From a virus, in the IMG/VR virus record IMGVR_UViG_3300020159_001814, positions 1 through 64,000 of that record: 64,000 nucleotides of DNA, one strand, 5' to 3'. The notes beneath the pieces were generated by a model. It saw only the letters and a list, made by a program, of their open reading frames with translations. It was not told where the DNA came from and made no database searches. This document shows positions 5,788 through 15,051 of this stretch, piece by piece. The position numbers and the translations under genes were made by a program. Positions within the stretch are counted from its first letter, which is position 1. Every line of letters begins with the position of its first letter.

Positions 5788-7295
5788 CCTTTTTGTATTT
5801 TACTATTTAATATTTCAACAAACTTTTCTTTTATATCTCTTGTTAGTTCTGTTGTTCCTCTTCCTTGTTTTGGGTCGGCAAGTGCTTCAACATCGATACC
5901 TTCTCTTTTCATTCCACTAATAGCCGCTTGAATTTGTTTTTCTGAAAGTTTTCTAAATCTTAAAAGTTTTTGTTTAATATCTTGTATGAATGAATTTGAC
6001 CCTTCGTAAAATGCAATAGGTATTGCATCTGCAGGTAAATCTTTTGTATATGGTTTGTCATAACCACTATAAACAAACCCGATTCCGGTTATATTCGTAA
6101 TACACTTGTGACCTCCTGAATTTGAAACCAAAAAATCATAAGCACTTATTGTATTTGTTTTTGGGTTATACGAAGGCATTTCCCCATATAAAGCATCCAT
6201 ATCTTTTTGTGTAAAACCAACAGAATCTTTTGTTGCCTTTTTTTCTGCAACTCTTTTAATTATTTTAAATGGAAGTATTACTTGTTCAAGTTCAGGTTTA
6301 AAACTTAGAAGAACTTGGTCTTTAATTTTTCCTAAATCAACCCCTTTAAGTGCCCTATCTTCTTTGTATGGGTTACAAGATGCTTGAACTAATCCAACAG
6401 GTGCCCCGATTCCTGTTACTAAAAAGTCCGCATCAGGATTTAACTCAAATGGTGTATATCTATCATATGAACCTTTTTTCATATGACCAAGACCAAACTG
6501 ATGAAGTACACCGCCTTCTTTTTGGATTACCCCTTCTTGTGATCTATCATCAAGATACCTTTCTTGATTTTTTTGCATTGTTTCTACTGAAGCATAACCT
6601 TGATCTTTTGCAATTTTTGTTATTGTATTATATAGATTTTCTAATGATGGTTCACAGTTCATTACAAGGTATTCAAGTAAATCCCTACCATCGACATTAT
6701 TATTTTTATAAGCTAAAAGAAGTTTATTAACAACAAGACCCATCATCATTTTATTTCTTCTAACACTTTTATCTTTGTCATACTTGAAAACAAAATTCAT
6801 TACCATTTTTGGTGTGATATCGTTTGCGGTAAAGTTTGCAGAATCGACTGTCGATACGACATATAAATCTTCGTCTTTGAATAAATCTTTTGGTGAAATT
6901 GTTTGTGAAATTGTTTCAACATTAGATCTTGAATGTTTGAAGCTGGTTTTTGTGTCTTTTTCAACCCCAACTTGTGAATCGTGGTGGTCTGTATGAATTT
7001 CAAACATTGGTTTTCCGTGTGCAAAATCAACAAGAACCGGCATAATCTCACCACTTCCATCCGGTTTTTTAACTGCCCATTCTTTTTCACCATATTGGAT
7101 TATTTCACAATCAACAACTTTAAACCCTTGGTTTTCAAGGTATTTTTTCATTGCAATTGCGGTTGTAACCCCATCCAAATCTTGGTGAAAGTATATTTTT
7201 GCCTTCTTATATCTTTTAAGAAGTTGATTTATATCCCTAATTCCAGATTCTTTAATTAGTTGTTTGTATTGACTTTCAGTTATAATAATTTTCAT
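5784..7295 (-). CDS. DHH-superfamily phosphoesterase-like protein
   Basis: HQDLDG, LVDF, TDHH, VDS and C-terminal SGGH motifs. Confidence 0.7.
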   Translation of the reverse strand: MKIIITESQYKQLIKESGIRDINQLLKRYKKAKIYFHQDLDGVTTAIAMKKYLENQGFKVVDCEIIQYGEKEWAVKKPDGSGEIMPVLVDFAHGKPMFEIHTDHHDSQVGVEKDTKTSFKHSRSNVETISQTISPKDLFKDEDLYVVSTVDSANFTANDITPKMVMNFVFKYDKDKSVRRNKMMMGLVVNKLLLAYKNNNVDGRDLLEYLVMNCEPSLENLYNTITKIAKDQGYASVETMQKNQERYLDDRSQEGVIQKEGGVLHQFGLGHMKKGSYDRYTPFELNPDADFLVTGIGAPVGLVQASCNPYKEDRALKGVDLGKIKDQVLLSFKPELEQVILPFKIIKRVAEKKATKDSVGFTQKDMDALYGEMPSYNPKTNTISAYDFLVSNSGGHKCITNITGIGFVYSGYDKPYTKDLPADAIPIAFYEGSNSFIQDIKQKLLRFRKLSEKQIQAAISGMKREGIDVEALADPKQGRGTTELTRDIKEKFVEILNSKIQKG

Positions 7296-7332
7296 AATAT
7301 ATAAATACCTAAAAAAATAAAAAATCCAAGAG

Positions 7333-8223
7333 TTAATCTTGGATTTCTTCTGATACTGTTTTTAAATTTTTAAAGTATTCAATTCTTGTGTTTGCAACTT
7401 CTGTATAATTTGGTGATAATTCTATCCCTAACCACCTTCTTTCAAGTATTTCGGCAGCTACCAAACTTGTACCTGATCCAGCAAATGGGTCTAAAACTAC
7501 ATCGTTCTTGTAGGATAAAATCTTAATCGCCTTGGTTGGTATGTCCATGGAGAAAGTTGCCTTGGTGAGTGATTTAGTGTCTGCGAAATAATTCCACTGA
7601 CCAAACACAAGTTCCATAAATTCTTTTTTATCTTCTTCATTATAAACAACTTTCTTTTTGAATGTTCCATCTTCTTGTTCTATATCTGTTGGCGTTCCTT
7701 TCCATTGTGGTTCACCTTTAATCTTTTTTATGTGGACTTTTTTATATGCTAATATAACACATTCCTTTGGGTTATAAATATAAGGACTAGATGGTGACAT
7801 CCATGATCCCCATGCGGTAGTCTTACTACGATGAGGTGATTGTTCTTCTAAATCCACAATACCAAAGAACCCAAAACCAATTTCTTTCATTATCTGATAC
7901 ATTTCAGATACAAAAAAGATTCTACCACCTTTTTTTTGTCTATTAATTTCATAAGGGATATTAAGAGCAATTCTTCCATCATCTTTTAATACTCTGTACG
8001 CTTCAGTAAGCCAGTTTTTTGCAAAAACAACATATTCATCAAATGGTACATCATCTTCATGTACGTCATAAGCAATCCCAACCCCATAGGGTGGTGATGT
8101 CACAATTAAATCAACTTCACCTTCAGGAAGTGTTTTCATCACTTCTACACAATCCCCATTTATTATTTTTCCTGTTTCTATCATCTTTTTTCTATTGTTT
8201 GAATGTGGTGTTGCAAATACCAT
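7333..8223 (-). CDS. DNA methyltransferase, N4C/N6A beta class (probable start MIETGK)
   Basis: TSPPY followed by LDPFAGSGT. Confidence 0.92.
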   Translation of the reverse strand: MVFATPHSNNRKKMIETGKIINGDCVEVMKTLPEGEVDLIVTSPPYGVGIAYDVHEDDVPFDEYVVFAKNWLTEAYRVLKDDGRIALNIPYEINRQKKGGRIFFVSEMYQIMKEIGFGFFGIVDLEEQSPHRSKTTAWGSWMSPSSPYIYNPKECVILAYKKVHIKKIKGEPQWKGTPTDIEQEDGTFKKKVVYNEEDKKEFMELVFGQWNYFADTKSLTKATFSMDIPTKAIKILSYKNDVVLDPFAGSGTSLVAAEILERRWLGIELSPNYTEVANTRIEYFKNLKTVSEEIQD

Positions 8224-8399
8224 AACGCCTTTTTAAGGTCTTGTAGTTCTTTATCCGTATCTTTTTTACCGGCCCTTGATATATACTTCACAGTGTTACC
8301 TAACGAAAATCCTAAATTCCAAGCATCAATTACTTTGATTGCTTCATATGGATTGTCTTCACCCCCATAATGTTCAGGGTGGTTTACTTGTTCGCTCAT
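8181..8399 (-). CDS. DUF3310 family protein
   Basis: VNHPEHY, GNTVKYISRAGKK, DLKKALWYL. Confidence 0.9.
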   Translation of the reverse strand: MSEQVNHPEHYGGEDNPYEAIKVIDAWNLGFSLGNTVKYISRAGKKDTDKELQDLKKALWYLQHHIQTIEKR

Positions 8400-8602
8400 T
8401 CAATATTTTCTTTTATGTAGTTAATTATTTCTTCTTCAGTTTTACCTTGATTGAACATTCTATATACTTCCCTTGAAAAATCATCTGTGGTATACACCGC
8501 ATCAGCATCCAAATACTTCATTATCCAATCAATATTTTGAATAATGTGATTTTTACTTAGAAACCTCTTGTTGAACCCCATTTTTTTGGTTTTTAATTTC
8601 AA
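8396..8602 (-). CDS. hypothetical protein (probable start MGFNKR)
   Basis: ORF track. Confidence 0.65.
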   Translation of the reverse strand: MKLKTKKMGFNKRFLSKNHIIQNIDWIMKYLDADAVYTTDDFSREVYRMFNQGKTEEEIINYIKENIE

Positions 8603-8693
8603 TAACCAATTTTCTAATTGCTTTACCTAAATCATAATCGTTAGGGTTTTGTTTTACCATTTGTTCTAAAAGTGACAAGTTAATATTTTCCAT
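8553..8693 (-). CDS. 46-aa hypothetical (PNDYDLGKAIR motif)
   Basis: Manual translation; fills gap between genes. Confidence 0.55.
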   Translation of the reverse strand: MENINLSLLEQMVKQNPNDYDLGKAIRKLVIEIKNQKNGVQQEVSK

Positions 8694-8719
8694 AGTTTTT
8701 TTATTGTAAAAATATTAAT

Positions 8720-9472
8720 TTATATCTTACTTGTCAAATTTTTGTGTCTAATAATTTTAGATTGTATCATGTAATTCATGATTTTTCTTTTAGCAATAGG
8801 TAGTAGTGTTTCTTTAAGTGGGTAATTGTTATTGTGATTAATTGTAAAAACAATCAAATTTTTATGTAAATCTACGTCTTGTAGGTTTTTAATTAATGGT
8901 TTTTTTACTTCAAGTAGTTTTTCATCAAAATCACCTTTTGGACATTCACATATTCTTTTTATGTGGCATTTTGTTTCTAAATTACCTTTCTTTATTGGTT
9001 TTATAATAAATTCATATAGGTAAGTTTTATTTTTATAATCTAAAAAGAAAAGCCCTTGTTTTGGTTCTATGTTTTTTGGGTTTTGTACTACTTCAATTGC
9101 GACGGTGTCATTTACAATGTCCCATATTGCCTTTGCGTGGTTAAAGTAGTCTTTTAATTTTTCGGTTGAATACTTACAAACGTGATAGACTTCAAGGATT
9201 TCTTCTTTTGTTAGTAATGGACAATCAATTGTTACTAAATCTGATATAAGGATTTCATCGTCAGGATCTTTTAATGTTCTATTAATAGTAAGATATTGAC
9301 CCTTTTCAATTAAAAGATTTATACTGGCAAGATGTAATGATATTTCTTGAAACTGTGGGTACAATTTCAAATTATTTAAATTTTTATCTAATTTTTGTAG
9401 ATAATCTAAAAGTACGTATTGCTTATGTTCTAAATCAATAGGTTCTTGGAATAACCAATCTGTTTTCATCAC
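8720..9472 (-). CDS. hypothetical protein
   Basis: ORF track, 250 aa. Confidence 0.8.
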   Translation of the reverse strand: MMKTDWLFQEPIDLEHKQYVLLDYLQKLDKNLNNLKLYPQFQEISLHLASINLLIEKGQYLTINRTLKDPDDEILISDLVTIDCPLLTKEEILEVYHVCKYSTEKLKDYFNHAKAIWDIVNDTVAIEVVQNPKNIEPKQGLFFLDYKNKTYLYEFIIKPIKKGNLETKCHIKRICECPKGDFDEKLLEVKKPLIKNLQDVDLHKNLIVFTINHNNNYPLKETLLPIAKRKIMNYMIQSKIIRHKNLTSKI

Positions 9473-9514
9473 TAAATAATAATAAATTATAACATAGTGT
9501 AAATTATATTTCTT

Positions 9515-9606
9515 TTTAAATTGTATACGTCACCCAACCATTTGAACTAATTGAGTTCGTTGTCATAGACTTTGATTCCCTTTAAATTGTATACGTCACC
9601 CAACCA
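9515..9606. repeat. 26-bp exact direct repeat (9515-9540, 9581-9606)
   Basis: TTTAAATTGTATACGTCACCCAACCA twice. Confidence 0.9.
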
Positions 9607-9954
9607 CGTTTCTATAAGTGACTGAGTTTCATCATAGCTAAGCCCAAAACCTTCTTCTAAAACTGACCATATTTGATCATAATCAATGTAAACATCTTTA
9701 TGTTTTTTATAGTAAATTATCAGTTCTTTATTATCTCTACGTTTAAATGAAATAAATCCTTCACTATCAAAAACGTCAAGATCGTTATAAAAATTAAGAA
9801 AATCCGTTGGGTTATTTATGTGCATCAATTCCAATAAGTTTTCGGATCCATTAACCAATTCCGCGGTAGCTTTCCAACCAAATTCTTTAGCTTGGTCCTT
9901 TAAAGTTTGTTTTAAACTTTCCTCTTTTAATATTTTTTTGATTATTAGTTTCAT
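9547..9954 (-). CDS. hypothetical protein with IKKILKEE leader
   Basis: ORF track. Confidence 0.75.
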   Translation of the reverse strand: MKLIIKKILKEESLKQTLKDQAKEFGWKATAELVNGSENLLELMHINNPTDFLNFYNDLDVFDSEGFISFKRRDNKELIIYYKKHKDVYIDYDQIWSVLEEGFGLSYDETQSLIETWLGDVYNLKGIKVYDNELN

Positions 9955-9955
9955 A

Positions 9956-11155
9956 TTAATTATGTCTCATAACGTGATACCACGTTCCGTTTACTTTATA
10001 TTCGTCATCACTACCATCATAACCGTTTAATACCTGACCATACCCGTCAGAACTAATTATATCTTCACAAACACCGTCAATATCTATAAAATCTAATATA
10101 TAATCTTTAGGGAATCCCCTATCTTTTAAGTAAGCAGGAAAACTATCAGAGTAATCATCCACGTAACTTTCAATTGCCGATTCGATTTCTTCTTCATCAA
10201 ATTCACCTTCTGGGTTTTCTTTTATATCTTCAACTATACCTTCAATGTTTGAAATTTCATCTTCAATTTCTTCCGTTTGTTCTTCGGTTAAATCTTCATT
10301 CTCTAGTCTACTATTTAACCTATCTATTTTTTGATCGTATATTTCAATATATTTTTCTTGTTGACTGGAAAGGAGTTTTACAATACCGTAATCTTCGGGA
10401 CTTTCTCTGACAACATCTTCATATTCATTATATAAAAAATTTCTTACCTCGTCTTCATTTATATTATTTTCCCAAACCCATTCTCTAAATGCATCATATC
10501 CGACCTCTTCTATTAAACCTTGAAGACTTTCCATAGCGGCACTATGTATCTTATCATCTCTGTAAACCACGTATTCGCTTTCAAATTTATTACCACCTAA
10601 CCAAGTGTACATATTAGAATTTCCGTAGTGTCTCCAATTTTCTTTATAAAGAAAATATTTGTCTTCTATTGTTTCTTCATCTTCACCTTTTTGAGGTATA
10701 CCTTTTTCCATTAAATATTCATATATCGCTTCGGTTTCTTCTGAATCGTCATTTTCATTTCCAACATCCCAAGCACCTTCTTGTCTTAATTCTTCTTGAT
10801 GTTCTAATTTTTGTTTTAATATTTTTTGTCTTTCAATTTCGTACATTTTAGATTGGAAGTATCTAAAATGTCCTCTTACTTTTGACTTGTCAACGTTACT
10901 AATGTTTGATGATTCGATGTTTAAATCTCCTTCAACATAATCTATACTATCAATATTTGACACCCAATCGGCACGATGTAAATAAAGATCTCCAACAATT
11001 CTTATTTTTTTATTTCTATAATCCGGTAAACGTTTAATTAATGAACCATCTCCATTAACATATTTTAATAAATCAATATAATCTTCAGGTGATATATCCA
11101 CCCACTCTTCGGACTGTTCTTTTAAAACTTTTTTAATAATATTTTTTAACGACAT
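9956..11155 (-). CDS. acidic hypothetical protein with IIKKVLKEQ leader
   Basis: ORF track, 399 aa; TATTTAT at 11161-11167. Confidence 0.8.
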   Translation of the reverse strand: MSLKNIIKKVLKEQSEEWVDISPEDYIDLLKYVNGDGSLIKRLPDYRNKKIRIVGDLYLHRADWVSNIDSIDYVEGDLNIESSNISNVDKSKVRGHFRYFQSKMYEIERQKILKQKLEHQEELRQEGAWDVGNENDDSEETEAIYEYLMEKGIPQKGEDEETIEDKYFLYKENWRHYGNSNMYTWLGGNKFESEYVVYRDDKIHSAAMESLQGLIEEVGYDAFREWVWENNINEDEVRNFLYNEYEDVVRESPEDYGIVKLLSSQQEKYIEIYDQKIDRLNSRLENEDLTEEQTEEIEDEISNIEGIVEDIKENPEGEFDEEEIESAIESYVDDYSDSFPAYLKDRGFPKDYILDFIDIDGVCEDIISSDGYGQVLNGYDGSDDEYKVNGTWYHVMRHN

Positions 11156-11242
11156 ATAATATAAATACTTTCTATTTACAAATGATTATTTTATAATTAT
11201 CAAATATTTATATAGAACATAAACCTATTAAAAATTTAAGTC

Positions 11243-11377
11243 ATGGGATGCGGATGTAAAAACAAAACAAATGAACAACCACAAGTTCAAACGCAACAGA
11301 CTCAACAACAACAAAATAATCAAACTGTGAAACAGGCGATTACTAAAATTGTTGAGAAATATTACAACAAAAAGTAA
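11243..11377 (+). CDS. 44-aa MGCGCK... Gln-rich small protein
   Basis: Manual translation; TATTTAT at 11205-11211. Confidence 0.6.
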   Translation: MGCGCKNKTNEQPQVQTQQTQQQQNNQTVKQAITKIVEKYYNKK

Positions 11378-11443
11378 TAACTATTTAAGGTATAATTTTT
11401 TTTATTTAAGATTGTTCATAAATAAATTTTTAAATAAAAAAAA

Positions 11444-12334
11444 ATGAAAACATTAGATGTTTACAATTTATTAGATGGTGAAACCCTATGTAATATTTTT
11501 GCGTCACTTATTGTTAACAAAATAAAAGAACAAACTCCTGATAGTAAAACAGAAATATCTGTAATAAATGTCAGGAGTTTTTTTATTGTTAAAGGTAGGA
11601 CCACTTCAGATATTGTGGTTACGAATCCTTCAGAAATTTTACAAGAATTTTTGAGTCAATACAGTGAAGTTAAATCAAATTCTGTACGAGTTATTGATAT
11701 AATCGAATATTCAAAACAATTCGACTTAAATAACCTAAATATTAATTATGGGTTTGATAAGGTTTTAGATAAAAGTCTTAAAGAAGAACAAAATTTTATT
11801 AATTCATTCATAAGTGATCAAGTTTATTTTAATTATAAAATAAATTATGTTCTTAATACAATATTTTTTGATTGTGAGAGTGGTTATGAAAGTTTAGTTA
11901 AAGAAAGATTGTCCGAAAGATTTATGGATTATGAAATTATAAAATCTGATTTTTCACAGGAAATTTATAAATCAGAAAGAATATACGGTATTAGTAACAT
12001 ACCTGAAAAATCCTATCATCTTTTATTAAAGAATATTTCGTATACGTTATTTAATTTAGGTATTTCTAAAAAATTAAACCTATTAGTTCAGTCAAATTTA
12101 AACTATGAAGACGTTGATTGTCTAAATGTGTTTTTTAAAATATCAAATGATGATCACATAGTAAAAACAGATTGGCTTGAATCTTTAATTTTAGATGTAT
12201 TTCCTTTTAATTTAAAGGAATTAAACAACTACTTTGATGTAAAGAACCACAACCCATTAGATGAATTACTTAACGATGATGTTAAGTGTACTTGGAAAAA
12301 TTTATCTTCTGTTAAAGATATTATATTAGTCTAA
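11444..12334 (+). CDS. hypothetical protein, N-terminus weakly like SAM synthetase N-domain
   Basis: GETLCNIFASLIV...PDSKTEISV...FIVKGRTTS aligns by eye with MetK GHPDKxCDxISDAILD...P.SRVACE...GEIT. Confidence 0.6.
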   Translation: MKTLDVYNLLDGETLCNIFASLIVNKIKEQTPDSKTEISVINVRSFFIVKGRTTSDIVVTNPSEILQEFLSQYSEVKSNSVRVIDIIEYSKQFDLNNLNINYGFDKVLDKSLKEEQNFINSFISDQVYFNYKINYVLNTIFFDCESGYESLVKERLSERFMDYEIIKSDFSQEIYKSERIYGISNIPEKSYHLLLKNISYTLFNLGISKKLNLLVQSNLNYEDVDCLNVFFKISNDDHIVKTDWLESLILDVFPFNLKELNNYFDVKNHNPLDELLNDDVKCTWKNLSSVKDIILV

Positions 12335-12622
12335 TAAATAATTTTTCACCATTTCTACGCCCTCGAAGATGTCTTTATAATCTCTTTCGGGGGCTAAAAA
12401 TTTAACATTTTCGGCCGTTTCTGATTGCTCAACATCACTAATTGTCATTAACATTAATGAAGGAACATAATCATTATTTGTTATTTTTACAAACTCATTG
12501 TATTCATCTTCATATTCATATATGTCCCTTTCTATGAAGAATATATCATTTTTTTGTAACTCTTCTTTAATTTGTACACAATAAGGACAACCTTTCATTG
12601 TATAAACCACTGTAACTTTCAT
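12326..12622 (-). CDS. glutaredoxin-like protein
   Basis: YTMKGCPYC and VP motif. Confidence 0.88.
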   Translation of the reverse strand: MKVTVVYTMKGCPYCVQIKEELQKNDIFFIERDIYEYEDEYNEFVKITNNDYVPSLMLMTISDVEQSETAENVKFLAPERDYKDIFEGVEMVKNYLLD

Positions 12623-12984
12623 ATTTTATCTATTGTAAAAAATTTATTTAATCCTATTAGTAACATATCAACTTTAGAATTATCGTCAGTTAATATATAT
12701 ATTTTATAAGTATTATCTGAGTCAACCTTCTTGAAATAAACAAATACTTCAGATGACAATGACCCCCAAATCACTAACCCATCAATATAAGTGTAGATTG
12801 TGTCATAAATTGAATTGGACCAAACTAATGTATTTTTTTCTATTAACGTTTTTAACCCAACCGCATTTATATTTTTTGTTCTTACAGTATTGGGTATAAA
12901 CTTCTTATCGAAGGTCTTCATAAACCTTTCAAAAATGTGTTTTGGTATTTCTTCAATTTCTTCCATATTAAGGTAACTCATCAA
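12619..12984 (-). CDS. hypothetical protein
   Basis: ORF track. Confidence 0.65.
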   Translation of the reverse strand: MMSYLNMEEIEEIPKHIFERFMKTFDKKFIPNTVRTKNINAVGLKTLIEKNTLVWSNSIYDTIYTYIDGLVIWGSLSSEVFVYFKKVDSDNTYKIYILTDDNSKVDMLLIGLNKFFTIDKI

Positions 12985-14686
12985 TAAAATTTAAATCCTC
13001 AAAAAGATTGTAATCATCCATATAATATTGTAAAGGATTATCATTTGTTTCTGAATCCCACGTTGGTACTAAATTAAATGTTTTTTCATTTTTATCGTCA
13101 AAATGTGCAATACTACTAACCGTTTTACCGTTACGGTATTTTTTAACCATGGTCGGTAATTTAATAATTTCTTTACTGTAAAGATAGTTTGCAAATTCAT
13201 TTAATTCGTTAATAGGTGTTATCCATTCATTTGTAAGTCCTTTATTAAACTTACCTAATTTTTGTATAATTACTAACTGATTTCTTCTGAACTGGAATTC
13301 TACCGTTGCTCTTTCATTACCATTAACACTACCCTTCCTTAAAGAAATTATAAGTGATTGAGCCTTTTCGCTATACGTTCTAACACAGTTGTGCTGATGT
13401 GATGATTCCATTTCATATTCACCGGTGGTTGTTAGTAAAACAGGGTAATATGTAATACCTTCTGAATAAATTTCTTTTTGAATTAAGTAAGCATCTTCCC
13501 CATAATTTCTTGTCACGTCACCAGTTTTATATGACTGTAGTAATGATGACCACTCACTATGTTCCATTACATATTCATCATATGTAGTTGCAGTTACTTT
13601 AACATATTCTCCATATTTTTTTAACTGTTCTTTAAACATAATATGATCACTAAATGAATTTAAAAATTCATAAACCGTACTTGTATTTATAATACTAATA
13701 AAATTTTCTTTTTCATTTCTACTTAAATCCCCAACCATATCATCATTAAGATAATATCCATTTACGTAAATGGATTGTTTTTTATCAGTAAGTAAAGAAT
13801 TGTCATTTATTTTGTTAAATAAATCTATACCAAAAACCTTATAGCATTGTAATATAGGATCTATTTCTATGTTTTCATACTTATTAAGTAAGTTTCTAAT
13901 TTTCGTCCCTTTTAGTTCGTGTTTTTTCATAAACCAAGTAACTATATTATTACCAAAATTTTTTATTTCTTTTTTTGGTGTATAATATGACGCAAACTTT
14001 TCAAAGGCATTAGGGTACTTCACACCTGAAATTTCAAGAAATAGTTGGTAATATTTTTTTCTGATGTTATCGGAATCGGAATCAATGTTAAGGTTTAGTC
14101 TTTCAATAATTCTATCTAAAAAAATATTTAAACATTTTTTAGTTAATTTTTTTTCAGAAACTATCGGATATTCATTTTGATTTTCATTTTTTTCAAAGTT
14201 CTCTATTTTTCTAATTACTTCAATAGCATTGATGTCAGTTTTATTAATACTCATAACCCCACCAATCTTTCTTTTCTTTTTAAGGTTAAGTGTCCCTGAA
14301 TAAAATAACTTTCTTTTGAAATTAAATGTAAGGTAATCGATTACCCTTCTAACCTTAAAATACTTTTTACCGGCATCTCTTGATGATACGTAGGTATAAA
14401 CTTTTAATGCAATCTTACTCTCGTTTTCTTCAATAACAAGAGTTCTTTTTACCATAAATGTAGATGCTAAGGGATTTCCATAGTTTTTAACAAAACTTTC
14501 TTCCCCTTCTTCTTTTTTTAAGAATTTAAATTTACCTTGTTTAGGTATATGTTCGGTAGGATAGATACCAAATAAATCATCATCTTCTTCGTAGTCTTTT
14601 TTAGTTACTATTTCATTAAAATCTTGGTGGATGTCGGTATCGTACTTTTTAATTTCGTCCTTAAATAGGACAGTCATATCTGACAT
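12968..14686 (-). CDS. PcfJ-like domain protein
   Basis: C-terminal ESSHQHNCVRTY...RATVE...Q.LGKFN. Confidence 0.75.
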   Translation of the reverse strand: MSDMTVLFKDEIKKYDTDIHQDFNEIVTKKDYEEDDDLFGIYPTEHIPKQGKFKFLKKEEGEESFVKNYGNPLASTFMVKRTLVIEENESKIALKVYTYVSSRDAGKKYFKVRRVIDYLTFNFKRKLFYSGTLNLKKKRKIGGVMSINKTDINAIEVIRKIENFEKNENQNEYPIVSEKKLTKKCLNIFLDRIIERLNLNIDSDSDNIRKKYYQLFLEISGVKYPNAFEKFASYYTPKKEIKNFGNNIVTWFMKKHELKGTKIRNLLNKYENIEIDPILQCYKVFGIDLFNKINDNSLLTDKKQSIYVNGYYLNDDMVGDLSRNEKENFISIINTSTVYEFLNSFSDHIMFKEQLKKYGEYVKVTATTYDEYVMEHSEWSSLLQSYKTGDVTRNYGEDAYLIQKEIYSEGITYYPVLLTTTGEYEMESSHQHNCVRTYSEKAQSLIISLRKGSVNGNERATVEFQFRRNQLVIIQKLGKFNKGLTNEWITPINELNEFANYLYSKEIIKLPTMVKKYRNGKTVSSIAHFDDKNEKTFNLVPTWDSETNDNPLQYYMDDYNLFEDLNFIDELP

Positions 14687-14707
14687 AAAATAACTTATTA
14701 ATGATTA

Positions 14708-14998
14708 CTAATTCAAACAAATTAAACCCATACTATGCTCCATAAATGGCAGTTTTTTCAACTTTTTTTCGCTAATAGCTTTTCCACCATTCATTTCGAC
14801 AAGAACGTCTAACACTTGATTTCTTGTTGGTTCTATAGGTTTTTCTTCTGCGTTATTTTTTTCCGCAATTTCCCTAATTTTATCGTAAAACATTTCAGGA
14901 TTAATATTACCTATTAGTGTTTTCAATTGATCAGGGTTTTTTTCAAAGAACCCCTTGAACTGATTCATATAAATTTCAACTTCTAAACTCATTCCCAA
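14708..14998 (-). CDS. hypothetical protein
   Basis: ORF track. Confidence 0.7.
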   Translation of the reverse strand: MGMSLEVEIYMNQFKGFFEKNPDQLKTLIGNINPEMFYDKIREIAEKNNAEEKPIEPTRNQVLDVLVEMNGGKAISEKKLKKLPFMEHSMGLICLN

Positions 14999-15051
14999 AA
15001 CTTTTAAATTTTATACAAAAATACTAAATATTTTGGTTATAACAAATAACC

